From Acidobacteriota bacterium (GTDB taxonomy: Bacteria > Acidobacteriota > UBA6911 > RPQK01 > JAJDTT01), in NCBI GenBank assembly GCA_965209055.1, contig OZ242374.1:5504001-5568000 (forward strand): a stretch of 64,000 nucleotides of DNA, in the 5' to 3' direction. The notes under the pieces are model-generated. The model was not told where the DNA came from and did no database searches. It worked only from the letters and a program-made list of their open reading frames with translations. The translations under genes and the position numbers were made by a program. Shown here one piece after another: positions 34,407-45,300 of this stretch (positions are counted from its first letter, which is position 1; every line of letters begins with the position of its first letter).

Positions 34407-35273
34407 TCAAGCGACCGGTCTGGGACGAGGCTTCCGGGGCTGGCAATTCGGACAGAAATGACTGCCTCGCTGGCTGATGACCGTCTTCTGAATCGTGAAC
34501 CCGCATTGGGTGCAGGACTGCCCGTCACGCCCGTACACTTTGAGCAAAGACTGATATTCTCCCGGATTTCCGCGGCTCCTCCGATAATCCTGAAGGGTCG
34601 TCCCGCCATGGTGTACGGCCCTTTCCAACACTCGGGGAATCGCTTCGAACAGCTTCACCTTCTCCCATCGGCGAATGTACCGGACTCTTCTGGCCGGATG
34701 CACGCCGGCTTCGAAGAGGGCCTCGTCGGCATAGATGTTTCCGACCCCGGCCACCACCTTCTGATCCAGTAGCAACGACTTGATCCGCGCCTTCCTCTTG
34801 CCGAGTCTGCCCAGAAAGTCCTCCAGGAGATAGCCGGTGTCCAAGGGCTCGGGACCCAGGGAGCCGAGGCGGGAGCCCAAGCCGCCCCCGTCCCGGGAGA
34901 GCAGCATGACCCGGCCGAATTTTCTGACGTCCCGGAACACCAGAATCCGGCCCCGGGACAGGCGGGCCACGAAAGCGATGTGGGCGTCCCCGCCCGGACT
35001 CGATCCGTTGCTCTTCCCGAACCGGTCCGGGACCGTGAGCTGGCCGGTCATGCCCAGGTGAATGATCCAGTACCAGCGGTCGAGCTTGAAGATGAGGAAC
35101 TTCGCCCGGCGGGACACGGCGTGGATGGTCTGTCCGGCGACGGCCGCCTCCAGGAAGGCGGGGTCCAATTGGAAGACCCGCGATGGAAACGTGCTCAGCG
35201 ATCGGATGACCCGCCCCCGGAGACGCGGCTCCAGTTCCCGGCGCAGGGTTTCGACTTCGGGAAGTTCAGGCAA
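34407..35273 (-). CDS. mutM: Formamidopyrimidine-DNA glycosylase
   Basis: PELPEVET N-terminus (implies a TTG start at 35273), HLGMTG, GVGNIYADE, C4 zinc finger. Confidence 0.95.
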   Translation of the reverse strand: MPELPEVETLRRELEPRLRGRVIRSLSTFPSRVFQLDPAFLEAAVAGQTIHAVSRRAKFLIFKLDRWYWIIHLGMTGQLTVPDRFGKSNGSSPGGDAHIAFVARLSRGRILVFRDVRKFGRVMLLSRDGGGLGSRLGSLGPEPLDTGYLLEDFLGRLGKRKARIKSLLLDQKVVAGVGNIYADEALFEAGVHPARRVRYIRRWEKVKLFEAIPRVLERAVHHGGTTLQDYRRSRGNPGEYQSLLKVYGRDGQSCTQCGFTIQKTVISQRGSHFCPNCQPRKPRPRPVA

Positions 35274-35379
35274 GCTTGCGCCCCCCGACGACGGCCCCGC
35301 CTCGCTCCTCACAAGTGTTGTGCGAGAAGGAGAAATCTCCTGCAGCCCGATGCATGACGGCCATCATATATAGCAATTG

Positions 35380-35407
35380 GAGGAGTGAGAAGTGAGGAGT
35401 GGGAAGT
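35380..35407. repeat. 4x heptamer tandem repeat (GRGRAGT)
   Basis: GAGGAGT GAGAAGT GAGGAGT GGGAAGT in the mutM/cupin intergenic region. Confidence 0.7.
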
Positions 35408-35520
35408 CAAAGATAAACAGTTGTCCCGCACAACCGCACGGCGGCCGGCTTCCAATGACAGCGTCCGGCGCGACCCTGTACCATGTAGACTGAGTGGAAC
35501 GGATGGAAAGGGGCGGACGC

Positions 35521-35871
35521 ATGCCTTTTTTGGAACTGGATCAGATCGAGGCCCGGGAGATCTTTCCCGGGATCCGGATCAGGGCGCCTCACGGCGAGAA
35601 TCTCATGCTGTCCATCGTGGACTTCGAACCCGGTGGCCATGTTCCCCTCCACAGTCATCCTCATGAACAGGGAGGCGTGATGCTGGAGGGCCGTATGGAG
35701 CTGCAGATCGGTTCCGAGTCGAGAGTCCTGGAGCCGGGAGAGTATTACATCATTCCTCCCGACACCCCTCATCAGGCAAGGGCCGTGGGGGGACCTGCAC
35801 GCGCCCTGGACATCTTCAGTCCCATCCGGGAGGACTACGCCGCCTTGTGGGCGGACGGAGGGGCCGAATGA
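35521..35871 (+). CDS. Cupin domain protein
   Basis: PLHSHPHEQ...IPPDTPH, DIFSPIREDY. Confidence 0.88.
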   Translation: MPFLELDQIEAREIFPGIRIRAPHGENLMLSIVDFEPGGHVPLHSHPHEQGGVMLEGRMELQIGSESRVLEPGEYYIIPPDTPHQARAVGGPARALDIFSPIREDYAALWADGGAE

Positions 35872-37160
35872 AGCCTTCGCGAAACGTGCACCTGATCGGG
35901 GGCGCCCACAGCGGATTCATCGGGAAATTCCATCCCGACTTCATCTGGAAAGGGCATCCCGACTATGGACGGAGGACCAACCCGTCGCTGGAAGAGCACC
36001 TGAAACGGGCCGTCACCGGGGCCTTGGAGGACACCGGGGTTTCGGACCACCAGGTCCAGCGGGGCTACGTGGGCAACTTCACCGGTGAGCTCTTCTCCAA
36101 GCAGGGACATCTTGGATCACTCCTGGCCGGTGTCCGGCCGGGTTTCAGGAACAAGGCCTTCTCCCGGGTCGAGGGAGCCTGCGCGTCGGGCGGGCTGGCG
36201 CTGATCGCGGGAATCGACGCCATTTCCGCAGGTTGCGACTTCGTCCTGGTGGCCGGGGTCGAGGTGCAGACTACGGTCAGCGCCAAGAAGGGCGCCGACT
36301 ACCTGGCCCGGGCCGCCCATTACGAGACCCAGCGAAGCTGCGATCCCTTCACCTTCCCCTGCCTTTTCGCCCGCCGCTCCAAGGCCTACCGGAAGGAGTA
36401 CGGCGTGGGGGAAGAAGACCTGGCCCGGGTCGTGGTCAAGGCCTACTCGAATGCCAACCGGAATCCGAACGCCCACATGCAGGCCGTCCGGTTGACCCTC
36501 GAAGAGGCGGCGACTCCCTCCGACCGCAACCCCCGGTTTCTCAGTCATCCCGAGTTCCGCGACTACATGAAGGTGAGCGACTGCTCCCAGGTTTCCGACG
36601 GCGCCTCGGCCCTGGTCCTGGTTTCGGACCGGGGCTTGAAGGCACTGGGCAAGTCCCCGGTCCGGGACGCCGTCCAGATCCTCTCCTACGGGCACGCGAC
36701 CGCTCCCCTGGACGAAATTCCGGATCCCCTGAGGCTTCCCACGGCCCAAAGGGCCGCCCGGGAAGCCTATGAGGATGGGCAGGTCGAACCCGGACAGATC
36801 GGCGTGGCCGAGGTGCACGACTGCTTCAGCGTCACCGAACTGCTCCTCTATGAGGCTCTGGGATTTTGCCGGCCGGGGGAAGCACCGGATCTGGTCCGAA
36901 ACCGCACCACGACCATCGAGGGAGATCTGCCGGTGAACACGGGGGGCGGCCTCATGGGTTTCGGCCATCCGGTGGGCGCCACGGGCGTCAAGCAGGCCCT
37001 GGAGATCTTCAAGCAGTTGAAGGGCCGATGCGGCGGTTACCAGATCACACACCGTCCCGAATTCGGTCTGGCGGCGAATCTGGGCGGCGACGATCGGACC
37101 GGAGTCGTGACCATCTACGGGAATCCCCGGCCGGGGAATGGGACGTCCGGCGACGCCTGA
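35868..37160 (+). CDS. SCP2-type thiolase (acetyl-CoA acyltransferase)
   Basis: EGACASG, DCSQVSDG, EVHDCF, GHPVGATG; HDCF loop of SCP2-thiolases. Confidence 0.88.
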   Translation: MKPSRNVHLIGGAHSGFIGKFHPDFIWKGHPDYGRRTNPSLEEHLKRAVTGALEDTGVSDHQVQRGYVGNFTGELFSKQGHLGSLLAGVRPGFRNKAFSRVEGACASGGLALIAGIDAISAGCDFVLVAGVEVQTTVSAKKGADYLARAAHYETQRSCDPFTFPCLFARRSKAYRKEYGVGEEDLARVVVKAYSNANRNPNAHMQAVRLTLEEAATPSDRNPRFLSHPEFRDYMKVSDCSQVSDGASALVLVSDRGLKALGKSPVRDAVQILSYGHATAPLDEIPDPLRLPTAQRAAREAYEDGQVEPGQIGVAEVHDCFSVTELLLYEALGFCRPGEAPDLVRNRTTTIEGDLPVNTGGGLMGFGHPVGATGVKQALEIFKQLKGRCGGYQITHRPEFGLAANLGGDDRTGVVTIYGNPRPGNGTSGDA

Positions 37161-37175
37161 ACAAGACTCGAAGAA

Positions 37176-37874
37176 TCACGCGGTTCCGAGGGGACTCCGG
37201 TTCATGACGTAGTCGATGGCCTCCTGCGGGACCTCGTATTCGGTGCGGTAATGGTTGCCCTTGTAGTCCACGTCTTCGTACCCGATGGGGCTGGTGTAGA
37301 AGGCATCCACGATGAGGCGGCGCGCCCACACGAAGAAACGGGCGCCGGGCCCCAGCCGCCCGCCGGGACGGGCGGTGTAATCCTGAAAGCCGGCATATTC
37401 CGGGGCGGAATGAAAATCGATCAGCATCCCCGCTGACCGGTCCGCAACGGCGGCCAGGTCGTCCAAGAGCCGAATCTGCTCCTCCTCGGTGGCCTCCGCG
37501 AAACGGCGGGCCCGGCGGCGCCCCATCTCCCGGTCGAGCCAGAAGATTCCGGAGATGAAGATCTCCGCCAACTCCTCGTTCTGGTTGGCGAGCACGTCGA
37601 TGAATTCGGGGGCTCCGGCGTCCAGAGCGCTGCCGGATCGGCCGTCGGCCGGAATGATCAATTCGCTCAACCGCTGCAGCGTCTGGTATTCGCCCCCGTT
37701 GAAGCATTGGGGCGTGTACTCGCCGGTCCGCTGCTTCTTCTGGGACACCGCTTTGTGGACATGCCGGCCGGCCTTCAGATCCAGCACGCCCGCCGATGCC
37801 ACGGCCAGGGCAATACGCTGCAGGAGCACCCGGCGGGAAACTTCATTGCCTTGTCGGCCGTCTGGTTCAGACAT
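37176..37874 (-). CDS. Gluconate 2-dehydrogenase subunit 3 family protein (Tat substrate)
   Basis: SRR Tat-like motif, IIPAD..SGSA.DAG, FYTSPIG; coupled to the GMC gene. Confidence 0.8.
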   Translation of the reverse strand: MSEPDGRQGNEVSRRVLLQRIALAVASAGVLDLKAGRHVHKAVSQKKQRTGEYTPQCFNGGEYQTLQRLSELIIPADGRSGSALDAGAPEFIDVLANQNEELAEIFISGIFWLDREMGRRRARRFAEATEEEQIRLLDDLAAVADRSAGMLIDFHSAPEYAGFQDYTARPGGRLGPGARFFVWARRLIVDAFYTSPIGYEDVDYKGNHYRTEYEVPQEAIDYVMNRSPLGTA

Positions 37875-39579
37875 GGCCTTGCTTCATCTCCTCGGCGATG
37901 TAATCGGACGTGCGCCAAGCCAGCGCCGTGATGGTGAGGGTGGGATTCTTGTCGGGATTACTCACGAACGGTCCGGCATCCGCCACGAAAAGGTTCGGGA
38001 CCTCGTGACCCTGGCAATACTGGTTCAGGGCCGAACTCCGCGGATCGTTCCCCATCCGAACCGTCCCCAACTCATGGATGATGGTGCCGGGGACCGAAAT
38101 GCCCTTCCCGTCCTGGCGGGGGGACCGGCGGCCCAGCACCTGCCCGCCCATGGACTCGATGAGGTCGACGAAGGTTCGCTCCATGTGCCGGGCCTGCTTC
38201 CATTCGTAGTCGCTCCATTTGAAATGGAAGCGCAGCACCGGAATCCCCCACTTGTCCACGGTCACGGGATCCAGTTCACAGTAGCTCAGATTGTTGGGAA
38301 TCATCTCACCGCGCCCGGCGAAGTAGACGAAGGACCCGTATTCCTTCCGGATCCGGTCCTTGAGCTGACGCCCGTAGCCGCCGATCCGGTTCACTTGGCC
38401 CTGAAAGCTGCCGACTCCGGGCATTCCGAAGCCGCCGCCGATCTCGATGTGGTACCCGCGGGGGAATTCCTTGTTCTTCTTGTCCCATTCCCACCACGGC
38501 GAGTAGACATGGCCGCCGCTGAAGCCGTCCGTGTCGTAATGGGGCATGCCCTCCAGGGCCGGCACGTATCCTCCGACGCCCAGACCGACGGTGTCCATCA
38601 AGAACCGGCCCACCACTCCCGAGTTGTTGGCCAGGCCCTGGGGAAAGCGGCTGGACCGGGAGTTGAGCAACAATCGGGCGGACTCGCAGGCGCTGGCCGC
38701 CAACACGACGACCCGGCACCGGATCTGCTGCTCGGTTCGAGTCTTCTTGTCGATGTAGGAGACGGCAGTGACGCGGCCGTTTTCGTCGCTCAGAATCTCC
38801 CTGGCCATGGCCTGATCGAAGATCTTCAGCTTGCCCGTCTTCAGGGCGGGCAGGATCTGGACCTGGCTGGAGGCGTAGTTGGAAGCGGTGATGCAACCGC
38901 GGCCGCACTGCCCGCAATAGTGGCAGGCCGGCCGGCCGTTCAGCGGCTTGGTAATGACCGCCCGCCGCATGGGAATGCAGGGGATGTTCATCCGGCTGCA
39001 CGCCTGCTTGATGAGGTGCTCGTGGGCCTTGGGGGGCGGGCACGGTTGGAAGATGCCGTCGGGCGCGCTCCGGATGCCCTCGATGCTCCCGGTGACCCCG
39101 ATGAAGGCCTCGGCCTTGTCGTAGTAGGGAGCCAGGTCGTCGTAGGTGAGGGGCCAGTCGGTGCCCAGCCCGTCCATGGAGTAGGGCACGAAATCGTAGT
39201 CGGCGAACCGAAGTGAGATCCGGCCGTAGTGGTTGGTGCGTCCACCCAGGATCCGGGACCGGAACCAGCGGAATTCGCTGCCGGGCGCCACCGTGTAGGG
39301 TTCGCCCTCCAGATCCCAGGCTCCGTTGGGCGCCCGGAAGAAGCCCCAGGGCTGCTTTCCGAAGTAATGGGCCCCACCTTCGCCGGCGCCCCGGTGGTCC
39401 ACGTGGTGCGGGAGCATGTGCTCCTTGTAGTCCTTTTCGGGATCCAGCATGGGACCCGCTTCCAGGAGGGCCACCTCGATGCCCTTCCCGGTCAGGACCT
39501 GGACCGCGGCGCCGCCGCCGGCGCCGGAGCCGATGACCACCACGTCGTAAACTTTCGGACTCTTGATGACTTCAAGCAC
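37867..39579 (-). CDS. GMC family oxidoreductase
   Basis: VVIGSGAGG FAD motif, LGGRTNHY, HELGTVRMG, NPTLTITALA; true start GTG ~39579, not the 969-aa ORF start. Confidence 0.88.
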   Translation of the reverse strand: MLEVIKSPKVYDVVVIGSGAGGGAAVQVLTGKGIEVALLEAGPMLDPEKDYKEHMLPHHVDHRGAGEGGAHYFGKQPWGFFRAPNGAWDLEGEPYTVAPGSEFRWFRSRILGGRTNHYGRISLRFADYDFVPYSMDGLGTDWPLTYDDLAPYYDKAEAFIGVTGSIEGIRSAPDGIFQPCPPPKAHEHLIKQACSRMNIPCIPMRRAVITKPLNGRPACHYCGQCGRGCITASNYASSQVQILPALKTGKLKIFDQAMAREILSDENGRVTAVSYIDKKTRTEQQIRCRVVVLAASACESARLLLNSRSSRFPQGLANNSGVVGRFLMDTVGLGVGGYVPALEGMPHYDTDGFSGGHVYSPWWEWDKKNKEFPRGYHIEIGGGFGMPGVGSFQGQVNRIGGYGRQLKDRIRKEYGSFVYFAGRGEMIPNNLSYCELDPVTVDKWGIPVLRFHFKWSDYEWKQARHMERTFVDLIESMGGQVLGRRSPRQDGKGISVPGTIIHELGTVRMGNDPRSSALNQYCQGHEVPNLFVADAGPFVSNPDKNPTLTITALAWRTSDYIAEEMKQGHV

Positions 39580-39683
39580 GTGGCTATTCAAGCACAAGCA
39601 ACCGTCGAGAAAAAGGGGCCTGAGACGGGATCGGGACGCACCCGCCGAGCGAAACCCGAAGTGAAGAATGAGGAATATCCTAA

Positions 39684-40873
39684 GGAAGGTCTGATTAAGT
39701 CGAGTCAGCGTTCTGCACGATAATCCCTTCATCATCACTGCGTGGGGGGAAAGACGATGTCGCAACGGACGTTCGCAGATCTGGAATACGACGCCAAGAA
39801 GCGGGTGACCCGTCGGGAGAAGTTTCTGGTCCGCATGGACGGGTTGATTCCGTGGGAGCAGTTGGAAGCCCGGATTGAGCCGTTTTACCCGAAAGCGGGA
39901 CGGGGCCGGCGTCCCTACCCGCTCTCGGCGATGCTGCGGATCCACTGCGTGCAGTTGTTTTACAACCTGAGCGATCCGGGGATGGAGGATCTGCTTTACG
40001 AGGTGGAGTCGGTGCGGCGGTTCGTGGGTCTGAAGCTCACAGGGCCGCTGCCGGACGAGACGACGATTCTGAAGTTCCGTCATCGGCTGGAGGAGCATGG
40101 TCTGGGGGAGGCGCTGTTCGAGGAGATCGGTTCTCACCTGCAGCGTCAAGGCCTGCGGCTGAGCCGGGGGACGATCGTGGACGCGAGTATCCTGGCGGCG
40201 CCTTCCTCGACGAAAAACAAGGATCGGGCGCGGGATCCGGAGATGCACCAGACGAAAAAGGGAAAACAGTGGTATTTCGGAATGAAGGCCCACCTGGGGG
40301 TGGACGCCCAGACGGGGGTGGCGCACACGGTGGTGACGGCTCCGGCCAACGAGCATGACGTGACGCGGGCCTCCGAATTGCTGCACGGCTCGGAGTCGCA
40401 AGTTTGGGGGGATTCCGGATACCAGGGAGTGCAGAAGCGGTCGGAGAATCGAGATCGGCCGGTGGATTGGCAGGTGATGATGAAGCCCGGGAAGCGTTGG
40501 CAGCTGTCGCCGGAGAGTGAGGCGGCGTTGGCCGAGCGGCGTAAGGCATCGGTACGGGCGAAGGCAGAACATGTGTTCGGGTACCTGAAACGGCATTTCG
40601 GCTACGCCAAGGTGCGCTACCGCGGGCTGGCGAAAAACACCCAACGGATCTATCTGCTGGTGGGATTCGCCAATCTGATGATCGCCGAGCGCTCCGGTGT
40701 GACCGCCTGATCGGAATGCGGCACGGCTGTGTTTGAGGCTGGGGAAACCGTCTCGCAATCGCTTGGTCAAGACCAATTCAGGGTTGCAAATCCCAGGTTA
40801 GAGCGTCTGGATCCGAAAAAGGGAGGGATACAAGGTCTGTTTCGCCCCATATGAGGACTTAATCAGACCTTCC
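39684..40873 (+). mobile_element. IS5-family insertion sequence (IS5 subgroup), 1190 bp
   Basis: Perfect 18-bp IRs GGAAGGTCTGATTAAGTC (39684-39701) and GACTTAATCAGACCTTCC (40856-40873); CTAA duplicated at 39680-39683 and 40874-40877. Confidence 0.95.
39757..40710 (+). CDS. IS5-family DDE transposase
   Basis: TRREKFL, PDETTILKFRH, IVDAS, WYFGMKAH, GDSGY, RAKAEH, VRYRGLAKN. Confidence 0.95.
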   Translation: MSQRTFADLEYDAKKRVTRREKFLVRMDGLIPWEQLEARIEPFYPKAGRGRRPYPLSAMLRIHCVQLFYNLSDPGMEDLLYEVESVRRFVGLKLTGPLPDETTILKFRHRLEEHGLGEALFEEIGSHLQRQGLRLSRGTIVDASILAAPSSTKNKDRARDPEMHQTKKGKQWYFGMKAHLGVDAQTGVAHTVVTAPANEHDVTRASELLHGSESQVWGDSGYQGVQKRSENRDRPVDWQVMMKPGKRWQLSPESEAALAERRKASVRAKAEHVFGYLKRHFGYAKVRYRGLAKNTQRIYLLVGFANLMIAERSGVTA

Positions 40874-42298
40874 CTAAAGCAGCGATCGGGCCTCAGCCAG
40901 AGCCTGGCCGGCCAACACTGCCTGACGCCGGGTGTCGAAGGGGCCGGGACCTGACTCGATCACACGGATCCTTCCGCTACCCCCCGGTCTCCAGCGGCGC
41001 GCAAACAAGGGAGAGGCGTGCCCGCCGAACACGGTGACCAGGTCGAGGTTCAGCGCGCCGGCCAGATGCTGGCCCAGCGAATCGTAGCCGACGTAGATCC
41101 GGCATTGCTCCAGCAGGGCCCCGAACTCATCGACCGGGCCCTGAAACAGAACCAGCCGGACCGGCAATGTGCCCGGGGCGTCCCGCAGCAGCCTCCCTCC
41201 CTCGATTCGGGCCGTTCCATGGCCCCGCTCGCCGATCTCGCGGTGGAGTCGCCGCGCCTGCTCCAGCTCGTCCCGGCCCAAACCGGCATCCAAGACCAGC
41301 GTCGCCCCCTGATCCAGCAAACCGGTCACCAACAGGCGCTCGAAATCGGAGACCGCTTCCCGGTTCCGACGAATTCTCTTGTCCGGATTACCTCCGACTC
41401 CCAGGTTCATGCCCACCAAAACCGGATCCCGGCCCAGGTTCAGGGAGGCCAGCATCTCTTTCGCCCGACGACGGACCGAATCCTCAAGGTGCAGAGACGG
41501 CCCCCGAAGCGGATTCGGGGGATGAGACCGGAACATCTCCCGAAGCCAACGGTTCAGGTCCTCCAACTGGCTGCGCTCCTCCGTCTCCCTCCCGGAAACC
41601 GACGGATCCCAGCCAAAGTAGCTCCCCGCCTCCCGGCCGGGAGGAACCAGCGGCAGGAGTCCGCTCTGCAGGAATCGGGAATCGGGATTGATGACGATGA
41701 GTTCCCGGTCCGCCGACAGTCCGAGGGTCTCCTCGTTGACGGCGTCCATCAGGTCCACCCAGGCGAGCATTCTTTCCAGCAGGGAGCCCCGGCGTGGATA
41801 GGAGAGCTCGCGGATCCGGAAACGGCTTGAGTCCGGCGCGATCAGCCCGGCGTTCTTACGGCTGCCCAGGAACACGATATCCGCATTCGGAAGGGCGTCC
41901 AGGCAGGTGCGGACAATGGGGCCGGTGAGGAGCAGATCGGCGCCGAGGGTCACGCGGGAGGGAATCAGCACCCGTTTGATCCGCCGCGGAAGGGCCGGCG
42001 TTTTCATCCCGGCCAACCGCCGGGCCCGGTCGACGACGGCGTCTTCATCGTCCAACCCCACCTGGTCGAGCCCTTCATGAAACGACTGCGCCTCCGGGAG
42101 CCGGCGGACCCGGGTGACGATCCGAGCCAACAGTTGCTGCTGGAGCCGCCGGTCCCGGACCAGGAAGGAGTCGCCCAATGGTTCGATCAGATCCCGGAAC
42201 AGGCGCCGGGTCCCGGTCCGGGCGCGTCCGGGGTCGGGGGAAAGGGCGGGACCCAGAAAGGAGTCCAAGACTTCCCAGGCCGGAAATCGTGGTGTCAT
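40874..42298 (-). CDS. Glycosyltransferase family 9-like (heptosyltransferase fold) protein
   Basis: LGAD.L..P N-terminal motif and YVGYDSLGQHLAGAL resembling the GT9 DSG..H.A motif. Confidence 0.55.
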   Translation of the reverse strand: MTPRFPAWEVLDSFLGPALSPDPGRARTGTRRLFRDLIEPLGDSFLVRDRRLQQQLLARIVTRVRRLPEAQSFHEGLDQVGLDDEDAVVDRARRLAGMKTPALPRRIKRVLIPSRVTLGADLLLTGPIVRTCLDALPNADIVFLGSRKNAGLIAPDSSRFRIRELSYPRRGSLLERMLAWVDLMDAVNEETLGLSADRELIVINPDSRFLQSGLLPLVPPGREAGSYFGWDPSVSGRETEERSQLEDLNRWLREMFRSHPPNPLRGPSLHLEDSVRRRAKEMLASLNLGRDPVLVGMNLGVGGNPDKRIRRNREAVSDFERLLVTGLLDQGATLVLDAGLGRDELEQARRLHREIGERGHGTARIEGGRLLRDAPGTLPVRLVLFQGPVDEFGALLEQCRIYVGYDSLGQHLAGALNLDLVTVFGGHASPLFARRWRPGGSGRIRVIESGPGPFDTRRQAVLAGQALAEARSLL

Positions 42299-42304
42299 CG
42301 GTTG

Positions 42305-45300
42305 TTAGTTACGGGGGCTCCCGCCCTTCACCGGAGCAGCGATCAGAGTCGGAGGTTCCGGTTCCTGCACGGGGGGGCGCCCCAGGAGCCACCGGGCGGC
42401 TCGTCCCAGGTCCTCCAGAATCATGTAGGTGCACGGCACCAGAACCAGGATGACCGGAGACGAGAACACGACGCCGAACGCCAGGGAAACCGCCATGGGA
42501 ATCAGGAACTGGGCCTGGAGGCTCGTTTCCATGAGCAATGGGGTCAGGCCGGCGAAAGTGGTCACCGAGGTGAGGAATATGGGTCGGAACCGAGCCGACC
42601 CGGCCGTCAGGATCGACTCCTGGAGAGGGACTCCGGCACGCCGTTGCCGGTTGACGTAATCGACCAGGATCAGGCTGTCGTTCACCACCACTCCCGCCAG
42701 GGCCACGATTCCGAATATCGAGAGGATGCTCAGATCCATACCCAGGATCCTGTGTCCCCAAAAGGCGCCCACCAGGCCGAAGGGAATTGCGCTCATGATG
42801 AGCAGGGGCTGGAAATAGGACCGGAGAGGTATGGCCAACAATCCGAATATGGCAGCCAGCGCTATGCCGAAGCCTTGGAGCAGGCCGTCGATCGTCTCGC
42901 TTTGCTGTTCCTGCTCGCCCTCCAGCGAATAGGTCAGGCCTGGAAACTGCCGCAACATGGAGGGAAGGTAGCCGCTCTCCAGTTCCGCCAGGATCTCGTT
43001 GGAGTTGGCCCGTTGAGTGTCCACTTCCGCAGTCACGCTGACGGAGCGATTCCGGTCCACCCGGCGGATGGTTGCAAAGCCGCGGCTCAGCTCCGAATCG
43101 GCCACCACCGAAAAAGGAACCTCTCCGCCCTCCGGAGTCCGGATCCGCATCTCCTCCATCTGCCCCAGGGAACGGCGCCGGTCCGAGGGGTACCGGACCA
43201 TGATCTTGACCTCGTCACGGCCCCGCTGAATCCGCTGGACCTCTTCTCCGTAGAAGGCTTGCCGAATCTGTCTAGCCAGGTCCGCCTGCGTCAGGCCCAG
43301 GGATTCGGCGGCTGGACGAATCTTGAGCTTGACCTCCTGCTTTCCGGCCCGGAAGGAATCGGCGATGTCGTAGACCCCGGCATATTCGTTCAATTTCAGC
43401 TTGAACCGGCGCGCGGCCTCCTGCAGTTGGTCCAGGTCGGGGCCGGAGAACTGAACGTTGATGGGAGCCCCCGCGGCGAAGATCGAGGCCGAGTAGGTGA
43501 GTTCCACGGCATCCGGGATGGTCCCCGTCAGTTCCCGCCAGCGGTTGGCGATCTCGGTGCTGCTGATGAGTCTGCCGTCTCGTGCCCGGGGCCGTTCCTC
43601 GGACGGCGCCAATTCGATGTTCACCGATCCCAGGTGTGCACCGCTAAACTGGGACACGTTTCCGCTTTGCCGGTTTTGAAGGACCCGGGCGGGTTGTTCC
43701 CCTACGGAAGCCAGCACGTGGCGGAAGACGCTGGCCGAGCCGCCTCCCTGGCTGGGAGAGTCGAGCTCCTCCCGAAGCAGCAATGCGGCCCGCTCCACTC
43801 TCTGCAAGGCGCGGCCCGTGACCTCGGCCGAAGTGCCCTGAGGCATGGTCAGGAAGGCCATGACGTTGTCCGCCTCCACCGGAGGGAAGAAATTGAACTT
43901 GATTCTTCCGCCCAGAATCAGGCCGACGACCATTACCAGGGTGGCAACGCCCAGGGCCGCCGTCAGATAGCGCCACTCGACGGCCACGCGCAGGAACGGT
44001 TCGTAGACTCGCTTGACGAATCGTTTGAGCTGGCGCGAGATCAGGTCCTGGAAGCGGTTCCACAACCCGGACAATCCCCGTTTCCGCAGCCTCTCGGAGC
44101 GTCTCAGGTGGGAGAGGTGATGGGGCAGGATGAGCAGGGACTCGACCAGTGAAAAGACCAGTGTGGGCAGGACCACCAGCGGAATGACCCGCATGATCTT
44201 CCCGGTGGAGCCTTCGATCATCAGCATCGGAGAGAAAGCGGCTACCGTGGTCGCCACCGCAAAGAACACGGGAATCATCATCTCCTGTGTCCCATCGATG
44301 ACCGCCCGCAGCTTGGGCTTCCCCTGTTCGTATTGGGAAAAGATGTTCTCGCCGACGACGATGGCGTCGTCCACCACGATTCCCAGCACGACGATGAAGG
44401 CGAACAGGGAGATCAGGCTGATGGAGACGTCCAGAAGGGGCAATGCCAGCAGGCAGCCCATAAACGAAATGGGGATGCCCAGGCTGACCCAGAACGCCAG
44501 GCCGACCCTCAGAAACAACGTCAGAGTCAGAACGACCAGCGCCAACCCAGCCAAACCGTTCTTGATCAGCAAGTTGAGCCGGCTCCGCAGGATGCGGGAG
44601 TCGTCCTTCCAAGTGGTCAGCGTCAGGCCTTCCGGCAACTGGAGCTGTTTCTGCTTGACGTACTCCCGCACGGCGGCGGCAATCTCCAGAGCGCTCTGCC
44701 TCCCGACCCGGAAGACCTGGACCAGGATGGCCGGCTGACCGTCGAACCGGGCCACCTGGTCGGTCTCGGCGAATCCGTCCACGACCCGGGCGACGTCTCC
44801 CAGCAGGACCCGCGTGCCGTCCGGTCGCGAGAGCAGAGTCAACTGCCGGAATTCCTCCCCCACGTAGGCCTGACTCTTGGTTCTCAGCAGGATCTCACCC
44901 GCTTCGGTCCTCACCGAGCCCCCGGGCAGGTCGAGGGAGGATCGGCGGACGGCCCGCGCCACCTCATCGAAGGTCAGACCGTGGCGGAGCAGGGCGTCCT
45001 CCGAAACTTCGATGGAGACTTCATAGGGGCGGGCGCTGGAAAGCTCAACCTGGGTGATCCCGGGCAGAGAGGCGACCTCATCCCGAACCTGCTCGGCGAC
45101 CCGCTTGAGGGTCCGTTCGTCGGCTGGTCCCGAGACGGCTATGTTAATGACCTGGTTGCGGACGATGAACTCCTGGATGACCGGCTGTTCGGCCTCCTCC
45201 GGAAAGGTGCTGATGGCGTCCACACGGCCCTTGACGTCGTCCAGAAGTTCCCGGGCGTCGGTTCCCTCCAGGATTGCCACGTTCACGATGCCCATGCCCT

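Noticed and set aside
37867-40776. 969-aa ORF suggesting a novel N-terminally extended GMC oxidoreductase
   Set aside because: The first ~400 codons are mostly the antisense strand of the IS5 element; the GMC FAD motif begins right after GTG 39579
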